Shown piece by piece: positions 51,569-60,892 of a stretch of DNA of 64,000 bases. Every line of letters begins with the position of its first letter. Position 1 is the stretch's first letter. The DNA comes from an uncultured Candidatus Rokubacteria bacterium (lineage in GTDB: Bacteria; Methylomirabilota; Methylomirabilia; Rokubacteriales; CSP1-6). Made by a program: the position numbers and the translations under genes. The stretch lies in the NCBI GenBank assembly GCA_963789955.1, contig CAWBMV010000036.1, positions 64,001 to 128,000 of the forward strand. The letters are read 5' to 3'. Under the pieces are notes generated by a model. That model searched no databases. It was not told where the DNA came from and worked only from the letters and a program-made list of their open reading frames with translations.

Positions 51569-52352
51569 TGCAGAGGAGCGCGAACTCCACGAGCGCGTCC
51601 TCGTCGCCGCCGGACGCCGCCGCATAGAGCCGGTCGGCCCGTTTCTCTTCCCACCAGACCAGCACGACGCCCCGTAGCGACGCGAAATAGAGCTCGGTGC
51701 CGTCCACGTGGCGCTCGGTCCAGCCGCGCCGGGCGAACGGAACCCGCCGCGTGACGAATAGCGAGATGGACCGGCCGCTGCGGTCGTAGAGGGCGTACGC
51801 CGCCGGGGCGTCCGCGACGGACGAGATACGCCCGCCGACCAGCCGCTCCGGGCGCCGCGCCACCGAGGGCAGGCGAACCGGGAACCCCAGGCGCCCCTGG
51901 AACCAGGTCCCCATCGTCGCCGGCTCCGACGTCATGAGCTCGAGCGCGCCGCCGTGCCCTTCGCCGTAGAGCAGATGCTTGCTCGCCAGCTCGGCCGCCA
52001 GCGGCGTCATCGGACGCGGCAATAACCGCTCGGTCGCGAGCCACGCCAGCACGGCGAGGCCCACGAAGCCCGAGACGACGCCGAATCGCACGACCAGCCG
52101 GCGCGCCGGATGGAGCTGCGCGGGCGGCCCCGTGTCGAGGTGGCAGAGAAGGTGGCCGCGGAGATGATCGGTCGGCACCGGCTCGGCGCGCGCCGCCTGG
52201 ACCAGCAGGCCGTGCAGGGCCGCCTCGGATTCGAGAATGCGGCGGCAGTTCTCGCAAACGGAAAAATGTTCGTGGGCCTGCAAGGTGGCGGCGACCGACA
52301 GCTCTCCGTCGAGATACGCGTCGATCACGCTCGGAACTTCGTCGCAGGTCAT
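51432..52352 (-). CDS. zinc-finger anti-sigma factor (true stop may lie near 51560)
   Basis: MTCDE..AYLDGEL..H..VCENC, TM helix, LVGGR; coupled to the ECF sigma gene. Confidence 0.88.
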   Translation of the reverse strand: MTCDEVPSVIDAYLDGELSVAATLQAHEHFSVCENCRRILESEAALHGLLVQAARAEPVPTDHLRGHLLCHLDTGPPAQLHPARRLVVRFGVVSGFVGLAVLAWLATERLLPRPMTPLAAELASKHLLYGEGHGGALELMTSEPATMGTWFQGRLGFPVRLPSVARRPERLVGGRISSVADAPAAYALYDRSGRSISLFVTRRVPFARRGWTERHVDGTELYFASLRGVVLVWWEEKRADRLYAAASGGDEDALVEFALLCIKGGQSRPAGAALPVRFAARPLAAQASPRRRRHRSGASSPGSARG

Positions 52353-52909
52353 CAGATGCTCCGTGTGCCTCGGGTCGGTTCGCGAAGCTCGGTTCGCAGG
52401 AGTCGCCGCGCCCGAAAGAGGCGCGACATCACCGTTCCCAGCGGAATCGCGAGGATCTCGGAGATCTCCTTGTACGAGAAGCCACCGACGTGGGCGAGCA
52501 CCAGGGGCTCGCGATACGGCAAGGGTAGCCGGTCCAGAGCCTGGCGTACCTCGCCCAGCGGCGTGTCCTGGATGGGGCGCAGCGCCTCGTAGGTGTCTTG
52601 CAGCACCTCGCCGGCCTCGAGCAGGGGTGAGTCGATGACGTCGAGGCTGGCCGAGCGCGCCTGGCGTTCGATACGACGCAGGAAGATCGATCGCAAAATT
52701 GTGAACGCCCAGACCCGGCCGGCGGCGGGGCTGCGCAGCTGATCCATGCGTTCGAAGGCCCGGAGGCAGGTGTCCTGGGTCAGGTCCTCCGCCTCGGCGG
52801 CGTTTCCGGTCAGTCGCAGCGCGACCCGATAGAGATCCTCGAGATGCACGAGCACGTCCGCCTCGAATCGGCGGATGCGGTCGCGGGCGGCGTGCTCCGG
52901 TGCACTCAT
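52352..52909 (-). CDS. ECF RNA polymerase sigma factor
   Basis: AEDLTQDT, W.F.I.R, FSYKEISEIL.IP.GTVMSRLFRAR. Confidence 0.95.
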   Translation of the reverse strand: MSAPEHAARDRIRRFEADVLVHLEDLYRVALRLTGNAAEAEDLTQDTCLRAFERMDQLRSPAAGRVWAFTILRSIFLRRIERQARSASLDVIDSPLLEAGEVLQDTYEALRPIQDTPLGEVRQALDRLPLPYREPLVLAHVGGFSYKEISEILAIPLGTVMSRLFRARRLLRTELREPTRGTRSI

Positions 52910-53010
52910 TTCAGATACAGAGATACGTGAGCGAGCCGTTTTGTTCCCGGTGCCGATATGCCCGATCGCCCCAGTGGACAGGGGGGGACCCCTGCGGTAT
53001 CGTGCGCGCC

Positions 53011-53805
53011 ATGGCCAAATCGCCGTTCTCGCTCGAGGGCAAGACCGCGATCGTCACCGGAGGCGGCACGGGCATCGGCAAATCGATCGCGATCGAGTTT
53101 GCGCGGGCCGGCGCGGACGTCGCCCTGTGCTCGCGGAAGCTCGAGCACCTCGAGCCGGTGGTCAAGGCCGTTCGCGACGTGGGCAAGCGGTCGTTCGCCA
53201 TGGCCATGGACGTGCGTCAGGAAGACCAGATGAAGGCGGTGGTCGATCGGGCCGTCCAGGAGTGGGGCCACCTCGACATCATGGTGAACAACGCCGGCGC
53301 CTCGTTCCGCGCCAAGCCCGAGGACATCTCCGTCAATGGCTGGAACACGGTGGTCGGTATCAATCTGACCGGAGCGTTCCTGGGATGCAAGTGGGCCGGC
53401 CGCCAGATGATGCAGCAGCAGACCGGCGGCGTGATCATCAACATCTCGTCGATCGCCGGCGTCTACGGCTCGACGATGATGCCGCACTACGGCGCCGCCA
53501 AGTCCGCGGTCATCACGCTCACGCGTGAGCTCGGCACCGCCTGGGGGCGCAAGGGCATCCGCGTGAACTGCATCGCGCCGGGACCGGTGGAGACCGAGGG
53601 CTACCTGGACGTGCTCAAACAGGCGGGGCCGGACGGCAAGAAAACGTACGACGCGATCGCCGCGCGTGTCGGCATGGGCCGATGGGGCAAGGTGGAGGAG
53701 ATCGCGTATCCGTGCGTCTTCCTGGCGTCCGACGCGTCGTCGTGGATGACCGGCGAGACGATCGTCATCGACGGCGGGCCCTCGCCGCGGGAGATGGAAG
53801 GCTAG
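53011..53805 (+). CDS. SDR oxidoreductase
   Basis: TGGGTGIG, NNAG, NISS, YGAAK, RVNCIAPG. Confidence 0.94.
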   Translation: MAKSPFSLEGKTAIVTGGGTGIGKSIAIEFARAGADVALCSRKLEHLEPVVKAVRDVGKRSFAMAMDVRQEDQMKAVVDRAVQEWGHLDIMVNNAGASFRAKPEDISVNGWNTVVGINLTGAFLGCKWAGRQMMQQQTGGVIINISSIAGVYGSTMMPHYGAAKSAVITLTRELGTAWGRKGIRVNCIAPGPVETEGYLDVLKQAGPDGKKTYDAIAARVGMGRWGKVEEIAYPCVFLASDASSWMTGETIVIDGGPSPREMEG

Positions 53806-53844
53806 ACGCTGCGCGGGCGCTCCTGTAGGATTAGGCCCTTGCGC

Positions 53845-53922
53845 GGTGACCGTAGCTCAATTGGTTAGAGCACTGGCCTGTGGAGCCAGGGGTTGTGGGT
53901 TCGATTCCCATCGGTCACCCCA
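53845..53922 (+). tRNA. tRNA-His(GTG)
   Basis: G-1, anticodon arm CTGGC-CT-GTG-GA-GCCAG, C discriminator, CCA. Confidence 0.96.
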
Positions 53923-53946
53923 ACAAGAGAATATGCGTGGTACTCC

Positions 53947-54023
53947 GCGCCCGTAGCTCAGCTGGATAGAGCGTTGGCCTCCGAAGCCAAAGGCCGCAGG
54001 TTCGACTCCTGCCGGGCGCACCA
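53947..54023 (+). tRNA. tRNA-Arg(CCG)
   Basis: Anticodon arm TTGGC-CT-CCG-AA-GCCAA; CCA. Confidence 0.97.
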
Positions 54024-54065
54024 CTTGGAGTCGAGTTCGCGATCGCGAGTCGTAAAAGGTGGGAC

Positions 54066-54141
<76 letters not shown>

Positions 54142-54256
54142 TTTTCTCGAGTAGTAGAAGCGCGCCGGTTGCGCGGTGTGGGGGAACTCGCTCCGCATCG
54201 CGCGACCCTTATCCCCCCTTGTCCCCCCTCGACATGAACCGTGCATCGCACGCACG

Positions 54257-54943
54257 TCAACGCATGATCAGCGTGGAAGGCAGCGAGGGCGCGCCAACGG
54301 GGAGCGGATTCTCCCAGCACTTGAGGAACCGGACGGCCCACAGCGGATCAAGAACACCGGTCAAACCCGCCAGGGCGTTGTCTCTCGCGAATGAGATTCC
54401 CGAACCCTCACCGGAGTCCCGGATCCTCGCGAGCGGCACGAATCCCCGAACGTAGGCAAAGTGTAGGTGCGGCGGCAGTTGCTTGGCCTTGAGCGCCCTG
54501 GCGTTTCCTGAATAGCCTATCGTGCCGATCGACTGCCCCGCGGTGACGTGGCTGTTCACGCTCACCTCGACCGTGTGCAGGTGGCCGTAGATGGTGTGGC
54601 CGCCGTCCTGGTGGTCGATGATCACCGTCTTGCCGAGCTTTCCCCAATCGCTTCGTGCCGCGACCATCACCGTTCCGTTCGCGACGGCAAAAATGGGCTC
54701 GCCCAGATGACCATTCAGATCCACGGCGCCATGAATGCCGTTCGCGCGCGCCGCTTCGAATCCGCCGCCCTCTCGCGCCTCGGAATCGCTGCCGCGCACC
54801 ATCGCGACTCGACCGAGCGGGCACGTCGTGCCGGACGCGGGGTCGACCAGAGGAGAGTCCGGCTGGGCGTTCGTGACGAATGGCATCGCGACGGTGAGAA
54901 CGGCGGCCAGCGCAACGACGGCGCTTGTCATAGGCAAGTCCAT
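54257..54943 (-). CDS. M23 family metallopeptidase
   Basis: HGAVD (HxxxD), YGHL, GYSGN, PHLHF; signal peptide. Confidence 0.9.
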   Translation of the reverse strand: MDLPMTSAVVALAAVLTVAMPFVTNAQPDSPLVDPASGTTCPLGRVAMVRGSDSEAREGGGFEAARANGIHGAVDLNGHLGEPIFAVANGTVMVAARSDWGKLGKTVIIDHQDGGHTIYGHLHTVEVSVNSHVTAGQSIGTIGYSGNARALKAKQLPPHLHFAYVRGFVPLARIRDSGEGSGISFARDNALAGLTGVLDPLWAVRFLKCWENPLPVGAPSLPSTLIMR

Positions 54944-55017
54944 GATGGAGCCTGCGGGGGCGCGAAACGCATCCCACCCACGATGTGTTCGCGCCCCCCG
55001 AGCTCAGGGGTCGATCC

Positions 55018-55338
55018 TCACTTCGGTTGTTCGACCTGGCCACCTGGGGCAGGCTGGCTGTTCCCCAGGGACAGCCGGGTCAGGACCTTGTCGCCGTTCT
55101 CTTGTTCCCGGTACATGGCGACGACGAGCATGCCCTGTTCGAGCGCGCCGGGCCGGAGCATCGACCCGGGCGGCGTGAGCAACATCGTCCCGTCCTTGAG
55201 GGTGATCTGGGTCCCGGTTTGATCGATGCTCTGTACCTCGCCGACGAGCATCTTCTCCTCCGCCTGCGTTTGAGCGCCGGCGAACGTCGGGGCGAGACCC
55301 ACCATCGCGAGCAGACCAGCGAGCAGCAACTTCTTCAC
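55018..55338 (-). CDS. small secreted OB-fold-like protein (DUF1344-like)
   Basis: AGGAGG RBS, GTG start, signal peptide, GEVQSID..ITLKDGT..L..G..V..Y.E..G. Confidence 0.7.
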   Translation of the reverse strand: MKKLLLAGLLAMVGLAPTFAGAQTQAEEKMLVGEVQSIDQTGTQITLKDGTMLLTPPGSMLRPGALEQGMLVVAMYREQENGDKVLTRLSLGNSQPAPGGQVEQPK

Positions 55339-55589
55339 TGAATCCTCCTGCGCCGCAGATGTGCGGCGGCGATCGGTGATGACTGCCGAACGGTGATGAC
55401 TATTGAAGGCGGCAGCTCGGTCGTGAATCCAGTGGGGCATTCCTTCAACGCCGGATCGGGGTTTTCCCTCGGAGCGGTCGCTGCAGCTTGACTGTCTTGT
55501 GCGGAGCGGTAGGTTGGGAGTCGTAGGACGCCTCCGCAATGTCGTCGTAATCACCAATCAATCTTCATTGCAGCGTCCACGAGGGACAA

Positions 55590-57056
55590 ATGACATCAAG
55601 TGTCGACGTGCTCATCATCGGCGCCGGCCCGGTCGGTCTCTTTCTGGCGAACGAGTGTGCGCGGCGGTCGCTGCGCTGGCGGATCGTCGAGCAGCGACCG
55701 CGGCAGTCCGAGCATTCGAAGGCGCTCGCGGTGATGCCGCGCACCCTCGAGATCTTCGACATGGCCGGCATCGTCGCGCCGTTCCTCGAGGCGGCCAATC
55801 GCGTGACCTCGGTCGCCGTGGTAACCCACGGCCATCGGCTCGCACAGATTCCGTTTGCGCCGCCGGACACGCCGTACCCGTTCGTCGCGATGGTGCCGCA
55901 AGATGTGACCGAGGCCCTGCTCGTGCAAGCACTCCGGAGCAGAGGAGGTGCCGTCGAGTACGAGACCTCGTTCGTGTCCGCATCCCAGGACGACGCCGGC
56001 GTCGACGTCGTTCTGGACCACCGGGGAACGCAGTCGACGGTTCGGGCCGCCTTCGTCGTCGGATGCGACGGGGCTCACAGCGCCGTCCGGCATGAGCTCG
56101 GCCTTCCGTTCGAAGGCGCGCCGTACGACGCGACCTTCATGCTGGCCGATATCGACACCAACGACGCTCTGCGCGGGGACGAGCTACAGCTGTGCCCGCA
56201 CGAGGACGGCCCGCTCGCGATCTTTCCGATGAGCAGCCGGCGGCGGCGAATAGTGGCCAGCGTCCGCAAGGGCGACGGGGACGCGCCAACGCTCGGGGAC
56301 GTGCGTTCGGTGCTCGCGCAGCGCGCCCCCAGGGGCCTCGAGGCGCAGTCCCTGAACTGGAGCAGCTATTTTCGGATCCAGCACCGGCAGGTAGCGCACA
56401 TGCAGGTCGGGCGGATCTTCGTCGCCGGTGATGCGGCGCACATCCACAGCCCGTTCGGCGGGCAGGGCATGAACACGGGCCTTCACGACGCCTGGAATCT
56501 CGCCTGGAAGCTCGATCTCGCCATCCGTCACCGCGCCCGACCCGAGCTGTTGGAGAGCTATACCGCCGAGCGCGAGCCGGTCATCCGGGACGTCATCGAG
56601 ACGACGCACCTCATCACGAGAGCCTTGGGAACGGCGAGCCGATTCGCGCAGGGCCTTCGCGATATCGCGATTCCGCTCGTGTCGCGCCTCGCGCCGTTCC
56701 GGTACCGCTTCGTGCAGAGGATCTCTGAGCTCGGCGTGGACTATCACGGGAGCGCGATGGTCGAAGGTCCGGGCCACCGGTATTTCGACGAGTCTCTGCG
56801 CGGGGGTCGCGGCATCAGCAACCGGTTCGTGCTGCTCGTCGGTGCAGACGACGAGTCCGAGACGGCGGCCGAAGCCCGGCGCCTGGCCGACGACTATCGC
56901 AATGTCGTCGAATTGCGTTCCGGCGCGCATGCGGGGATCGCGCTGGTTCGTCCGGACGGCTACACGGCCTACGAGGCGTACCGCGGCGCTCCCTCCGCGG
57001 CGCTCGAATCCGTGCGCGAGGTGCTCGAACGCCAGGTTGTCGGCTCGACGCGGTGA
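55590..57056 (+). CDS. FAD-dependent monooxygenase (PheA/TfdB-like)
   Basis: IIGAGPVGL, VGCDGAHSAVR, AGDAAHIHSPFGGQGMNTG..DAWNLAWKL. Confidence 0.94.
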   Translation: MTSSVDVLIIGAGPVGLFLANECARRSLRWRIVEQRPRQSEHSKALAVMPRTLEIFDMAGIVAPFLEAANRVTSVAVVTHGHRLAQIPFAPPDTPYPFVAMVPQDVTEALLVQALRSRGGAVEYETSFVSASQDDAGVDVVLDHRGTQSTVRAAFVVGCDGAHSAVRHELGLPFEGAPYDATFMLADIDTNDALRGDELQLCPHEDGPLAIFPMSSRRRRIVASVRKGDGDAPTLGDVRSVLAQRAPRGLEAQSLNWSSYFRIQHRQVAHMQVGRIFVAGDAAHIHSPFGGQGMNTGLHDAWNLAWKLDLAIRHRARPELLESYTAEREPVIRDVIETTHLITRALGTASRFAQGLRDIAIPLVSRLAPFRYRFVQRISELGVDYHGSAMVEGPGHRYFDESLRGGRGISNRFVLLVGADDESETAAEARRLADDYRNVVELRSGAHAGIALVRPDGYTAYEAYRGAPSAALESVREVLERQVVGSTR

Positions 57057-57212
57057 CGGCCGACCCGTCCCGACGGCCAGGGCGCTGTAACGGGCACTGA
57101 CGGGCGAAATTTCGGGAACCGGGCAAAAAGCCCGAGATCTGGAGCGCTCCGCCGAACACCGACTCCTCCGCAACGTCGCGGATATGCAGCACTCCTGCGC
57201 GCATCGCAGCCT

Positions 57213-57228
57213 TGGCAAGGCGAGTGCT
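57213..57228 (+). promoter_or_regulatory. possible sigma-54 promoter
   Basis: TGGCAA-N5-GTGCT about 65 bp upstream of the ATG at 57293. Confidence 0.45.
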
Positions 57229-57292
57229 CTACGGAAGGCTCCGAGAGATGAGGCTGGGAGCATTCGATCACCCAACCTGGAGGAGCTTAAGC

Positions 57293-58684
57293 ATGACGAT
57301 CAGCGCCACAACGCTCGAAGGATCGCGGACCAACGTGAACGACGCGGACATCGCCAGCCTGCGAAGCAACGTGCGCGGCGAGCTCGTGGTCGCCGGAGAC
57401 GCACGCTACGACGAGGCGCGCCGAGTCTGGAACGGTAACGTCGATCGCCGTCCGGGCCTCATCGTGCGGTGCACGGGTGCGGCGGACGTTCAGCAGGCCG
57501 TGAACTTCGCGCGGTCACTCGGGCTCCTCGTCTCCATCCGAGGCGGCGGCCACAGCGCACCGGGGTACGGCACGAACGAAGGCGGTCTCGTGATCGATCT
57601 GTCGCCCATGAAGGGCATCCGTGTGGATCCCGACGCGCGCACGGTCTCGGCGCAGGGCGGCGTGCTCTGGCGCGAGCTGGATCACGAAACGCAGGCGTAC
57701 GGTCTCGCGACGACGGGCGGCACCGTGTCGAACACGGGGATCACGGGCCTCACCCTGGGCGGCGGCCTCGGGTGGCTCATGGGCAAGCACGGGTTGACCG
57801 TCGACAACCTGATCTCGGCCGATCTCGTGACCGCCGACGGGGAGTTCCGCAAGGCGAGCGCGAAGGACAACCCGGATCTGTTCTGGGCGCTGCGCGGCGG
57901 CGGCGGCAACTTCGGCGTCGTCACGTCCTTCGAGTACCGACTGCATCCGGTCACGCAGGTCCTCGGCGGTATGGTGATCTATCCCCTCGATCAGGCGCGC
58001 GACGTCCTGCGCTTCTATCGCGACTTCTGCAACACCTTGCCGGACGAGGCGGAAGCGTACGCGGCGCTACTGACCGCGCCGCAAGGCATGCCGGTCGCCG
58101 CGCTGATCCTCGGCTACAACGGACCGATCGCCGAGGGTGAGAAGGTGCTCGCGCCGGCGCGGCGGTTCGGCAAGCCCGTCGCCGACGTCGTCGCGCCCAT
58201 GCCGTACGCCGCCCGCCAGCGCATGCTCGACGAGCCCAACGCCACGCACGGTCTGCAGCGGTACTGGCGCTCGGCGTTCACCGAGCAGATCTCGGACGGG
58301 TTGATCGACGTCATGGTGGACGGCGCGTCGAGCTTCAGCTCGCCGCTCAGCGCCCTGCTCTTCTTCCACATGCACGGGGCCGCGACGCGGGTCTCGCCGC
58401 TCGCGACCGCCTTCGCGCCGCGGCGCACGCAGTGGGATTTCGACGCTATCGGCCAGTGGGCGGACGCGGGACAGTCCGCGACGCACACGGGGTGGGTGCG
58501 GGCGCTCTGGACCAAGCTGGAGCCGCATCTGAAGGGCAGCGCGTACGTGAACCATCTCGCGGCGGATGACCGGCCCGAGAAAGTCCGCGCTTCGTACGGG
58601 GACAACTACGCGCGTCTGCGCGCGCTGAAGGCGACCTACGACCCGAAGAACCTCTTCCGCGTCAACGCGAACATCGCGCCCTGA
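57293..58684 (+). CDS. FAD-binding oxidoreductase, berberine-bridge/VAO family
   Basis: RGGGHS, GLTLGGG.GWL, DLFWALRGGGGNFGVVT, AYVN, YDPKNLF. Confidence 0.95.
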   Translation: MTISATTLEGSRTNVNDADIASLRSNVRGELVVAGDARYDEARRVWNGNVDRRPGLIVRCTGAADVQQAVNFARSLGLLVSIRGGGHSAPGYGTNEGGLVIDLSPMKGIRVDPDARTVSAQGGVLWRELDHETQAYGLATTGGTVSNTGITGLTLGGGLGWLMGKHGLTVDNLISADLVTADGEFRKASAKDNPDLFWALRGGGGNFGVVTSFEYRLHPVTQVLGGMVIYPLDQARDVLRFYRDFCNTLPDEAEAYAALLTAPQGMPVAALILGYNGPIAEGEKVLAPARRFGKPVADVVAPMPYAARQRMLDEPNATHGLQRYWRSAFTEQISDGLIDVMVDGASSFSSPLSALLFFHMHGAATRVSPLATAFAPRRTQWDFDAIGQWADAGQSATHTGWVRALWTKLEPHLKGSAYVNHLAADDRPEKVRASYGDNYARLRALKATYDPKNLFRVNANIAP

Positions 58685-58758
58685 CGGGCAAGAGTGTGCA
58701 GGACGCCGGGCTATATTGCGTCCCGGCGATCGGCCGATGAGGTGACTCTGAGGCCACG

Positions 58759-58803
58759 CGGCGGGCACTCCGGCGAAAGCCGGCGGTGCCCGTCGTGGTT
58801 TTA
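58759..58803 (+). terminator. long GC hairpin with GAAA loop followed by a short T-tract
   Basis: CGGCGGGCAC-tCCGGC-GAAA-GCCGGcg-GTGCCCGTCG-tggtttt. Confidence 0.55.
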
Positions 58804-58920
58804 GCCGGCCGGGCTTTCCGCGCACCTTGTTCCGGGATCGTGAGCCAATCGAGCGCCGCGCGGTCCCGAATTGGAGCAGTACAAAGCGCGACGGAAACTG
58901 GATACTGAACGTCGCATAGC

Positions 58921-60153
58921 ATGCTAGAGGACGCCTCGCGTAGCGTGCCGGAGTCCGCGTATGCGTGGACCCGGCTCTGTGCCGCGCTGCTGCTGTCGGC
59001 CATCGGCGGCGTCGGCATGTGGTCGGTGATCGTGGCCCTTCCGGCGGTCCAGGCCGAATTCAACGTCGCGCGCTCCGCGGCCTCGCTGCCCTACACCATG
59101 ACAATGATCTGCTTCGGCTTCGGCGGCATCCTGATGGGGCGCCTCTCCGATCGCTTCGGCATCATCGTTCCCGTCGTAGGCGGGGCGATCTCTTTGGCGA
59201 TCGGCTATGCAGTCGCCGGCCAGGCGACAAGTCTCTGGCAGTTCACGCTGGCCCAGGGGCTGCTGGTGGGTGTGGCCAGCTCGGTCGCGTTCGCACCACT
59301 GATCGCCGACACGTCACTCTGGTTCACCCGTCATCGCGGCATGGCCGTGTCGATCATCGCGAGTGGCAGCTACCTCGCGGGAACGGTCTGGCCGCCGGTC
59401 GTGCAGCACTTCATAGAACGCGAGGGCTGGCGCCGGACATACCTGGGCATCGGCGTCTTCTGCGTCGCGACCATGCTGCCGCTGGCGCTGGCCCTGCGAC
59501 GGCGGTCGCCGCTCACCCAGGCGACGTCCGCGACATCGCATGTCGTGTCGCGGGCGCTGCAGCCCTTGGGAATGTCGCGTGGGGCCCTGCAGACCGTGCT
59601 GATCATCGCCGGCCTGAGCTGTTGCGTCGCGATGTCGATGCCGCAGGTGCACATCGTGGCGTACAGCGGTGACCTGGGGCATGGCGTCGCGCGCGGCGCG
59701 GAGATGCTGTCGATGATGCTGGGCTTCGGCGTCGTGAGCCGCCTCGCGTCGGGCTGGATCTGCGACCGCATCGGCGGACGGCGCACGCTGCTGCTCGGCT
59801 CGAGCCTGCAAGCCCTGGCGCTGGTCTTGTTCCTTCCGTTCGACGGCCTCGTCTCACTCTACGTCCTGTCGGCGCTGTTCGGTCTGTTCCAGGGCGGAAT
59901 CGTGCCCGCCTATGCCGTCATCATCCGGGAATTCTTCCCTCCCGAAGAGGCCGGAGTGCGCGTCGGCACGGTGCTCATGGCCACCGTGTTCGGCATGGCG
60001 CTCGGCGGCTGGATGTCCGGCGTGATTTTCGACCTGACCGGTTCCTATCAGGCCGCGTTCCTCAACGGCATCCTGTGGAATCTGCTGAACCTCGGCATCG
60101 CCGTGGGCCTGCTGCGGCGACCGGGGAGACCGTTCGAGCACGCGCAGCCGTAG
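58921..60153 (+). CDS. MFS transporter
   Basis: [22 protein letters not shown]; about 12 hydrophobic segments. Confidence 0.93.
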   Translation: MLEDASRSVPESAYAWTRLCAALLLSAIGGVGMWSVIVALPAVQAEFNVARSAASLPYTMTMICFGFGGILMGRLSDRFGIIVPVVGGAISLAIGYAVAGQATSLWQFTLAQGLLVGVASSVAFAPLIADTSLWFTRHRGMAVSIIASGSYLAGTVWPPVVQHFIEREGWRRTYLGIGVFCVATMLPLALALRRRSPLTQATSATSHVVSRALQPLGMSRGALQTVLIIAGLSCCVAMSMPQVHIVAYSGDLGHGVARGAEMLSMMLGFGVVSRLASGWICDRIGGRRTLLLGSSLQALALVLFLPFDGLVSLYVLSALFGLFQGGIVPAYAVIIREFFPPEEAGVRVGTVLMATVFGMALGGWMSGVIFDLTGSYQAAFLNGILWNLLNLGIAVGLLRRPGRPFEHAQP

Positions 60154-60229
60154 TCTCGACGCCGCCCTGTCGATTTGGCGCCTCGCCGTTCGATCTCTAG
60201 ACAGACAGCACAGCGCAGAGGAGGCATCC

Positions 60230-60728
60230 ATGCCGAAGACCACACAAAAAATCACCCCGTTCCTGTGGTTCGACAGCCAGGCCGAAGAGGCCGCGAATTT
60301 CTACGTGTCGATCTTCAAACAGTCCAGGGTCGGCGCGATCACCCGCTACGACGACGAGGCGTCGAAGGCTGCCGGACGACCGAAAGGCTCGGTCATGACG
60401 GTCGAATTCGAGCTCGACGGGCAAAAATTCACAGCCCTGAATGGCGGGCCGCATTTCAAGTTCACCGAGGCGATCTCGCTCGTCGTGAACTGCGACGACC
60501 AGAAGGAAGTCGATCATTTCTGGGGCAAGCTCTCGGCCGGTGGCCAGGAGGTCCAGTGCGGCTGGCTCAAGGACCGGTTCGGCCTGTCCTGGCAGGTCGT
60601 CCCCGACAGCGCTCATCGAGATGCTGCAGGACAAGGATCCCGAGAAGTCGAAGCGCACCATGGCGGCGATGCTGAAGATGAAGAAGCTCGACGTCGACGC
60701 GCTGAAGAGGGCGTACGACGGACGGTAA
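60230..60728 (+). CDS. VOC/PhnB family protein (3-demethylubiquinone-9 3-methyltransferase domain), frameshift near 60605
   Basis: [42 protein letters not shown]. Confidence 0.93.
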
Positions 60729-60892
60729 CCCCCGTCGCCGGCGCCGCCGCCGGCGCGAGGCGTGGCGCGCTCGCGCGCCGTCGACGCGCATGATAGATTT
60801 CGCGGGTCACCTCGCGCCGTTCGGCGGGCTGTATCCTGTCGGCTCGTCCGAGACAATCCAGGCGAGGCGGAGCGCCGTTCCCCGACTCGTCA

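Noticed and set aside
58734..58780. Hammerhead-like CCGATGA..CGAAA
   Set aside because: The core is not CUGANGA and GAAA does not follow stem II; stems I and III cannot be formed.
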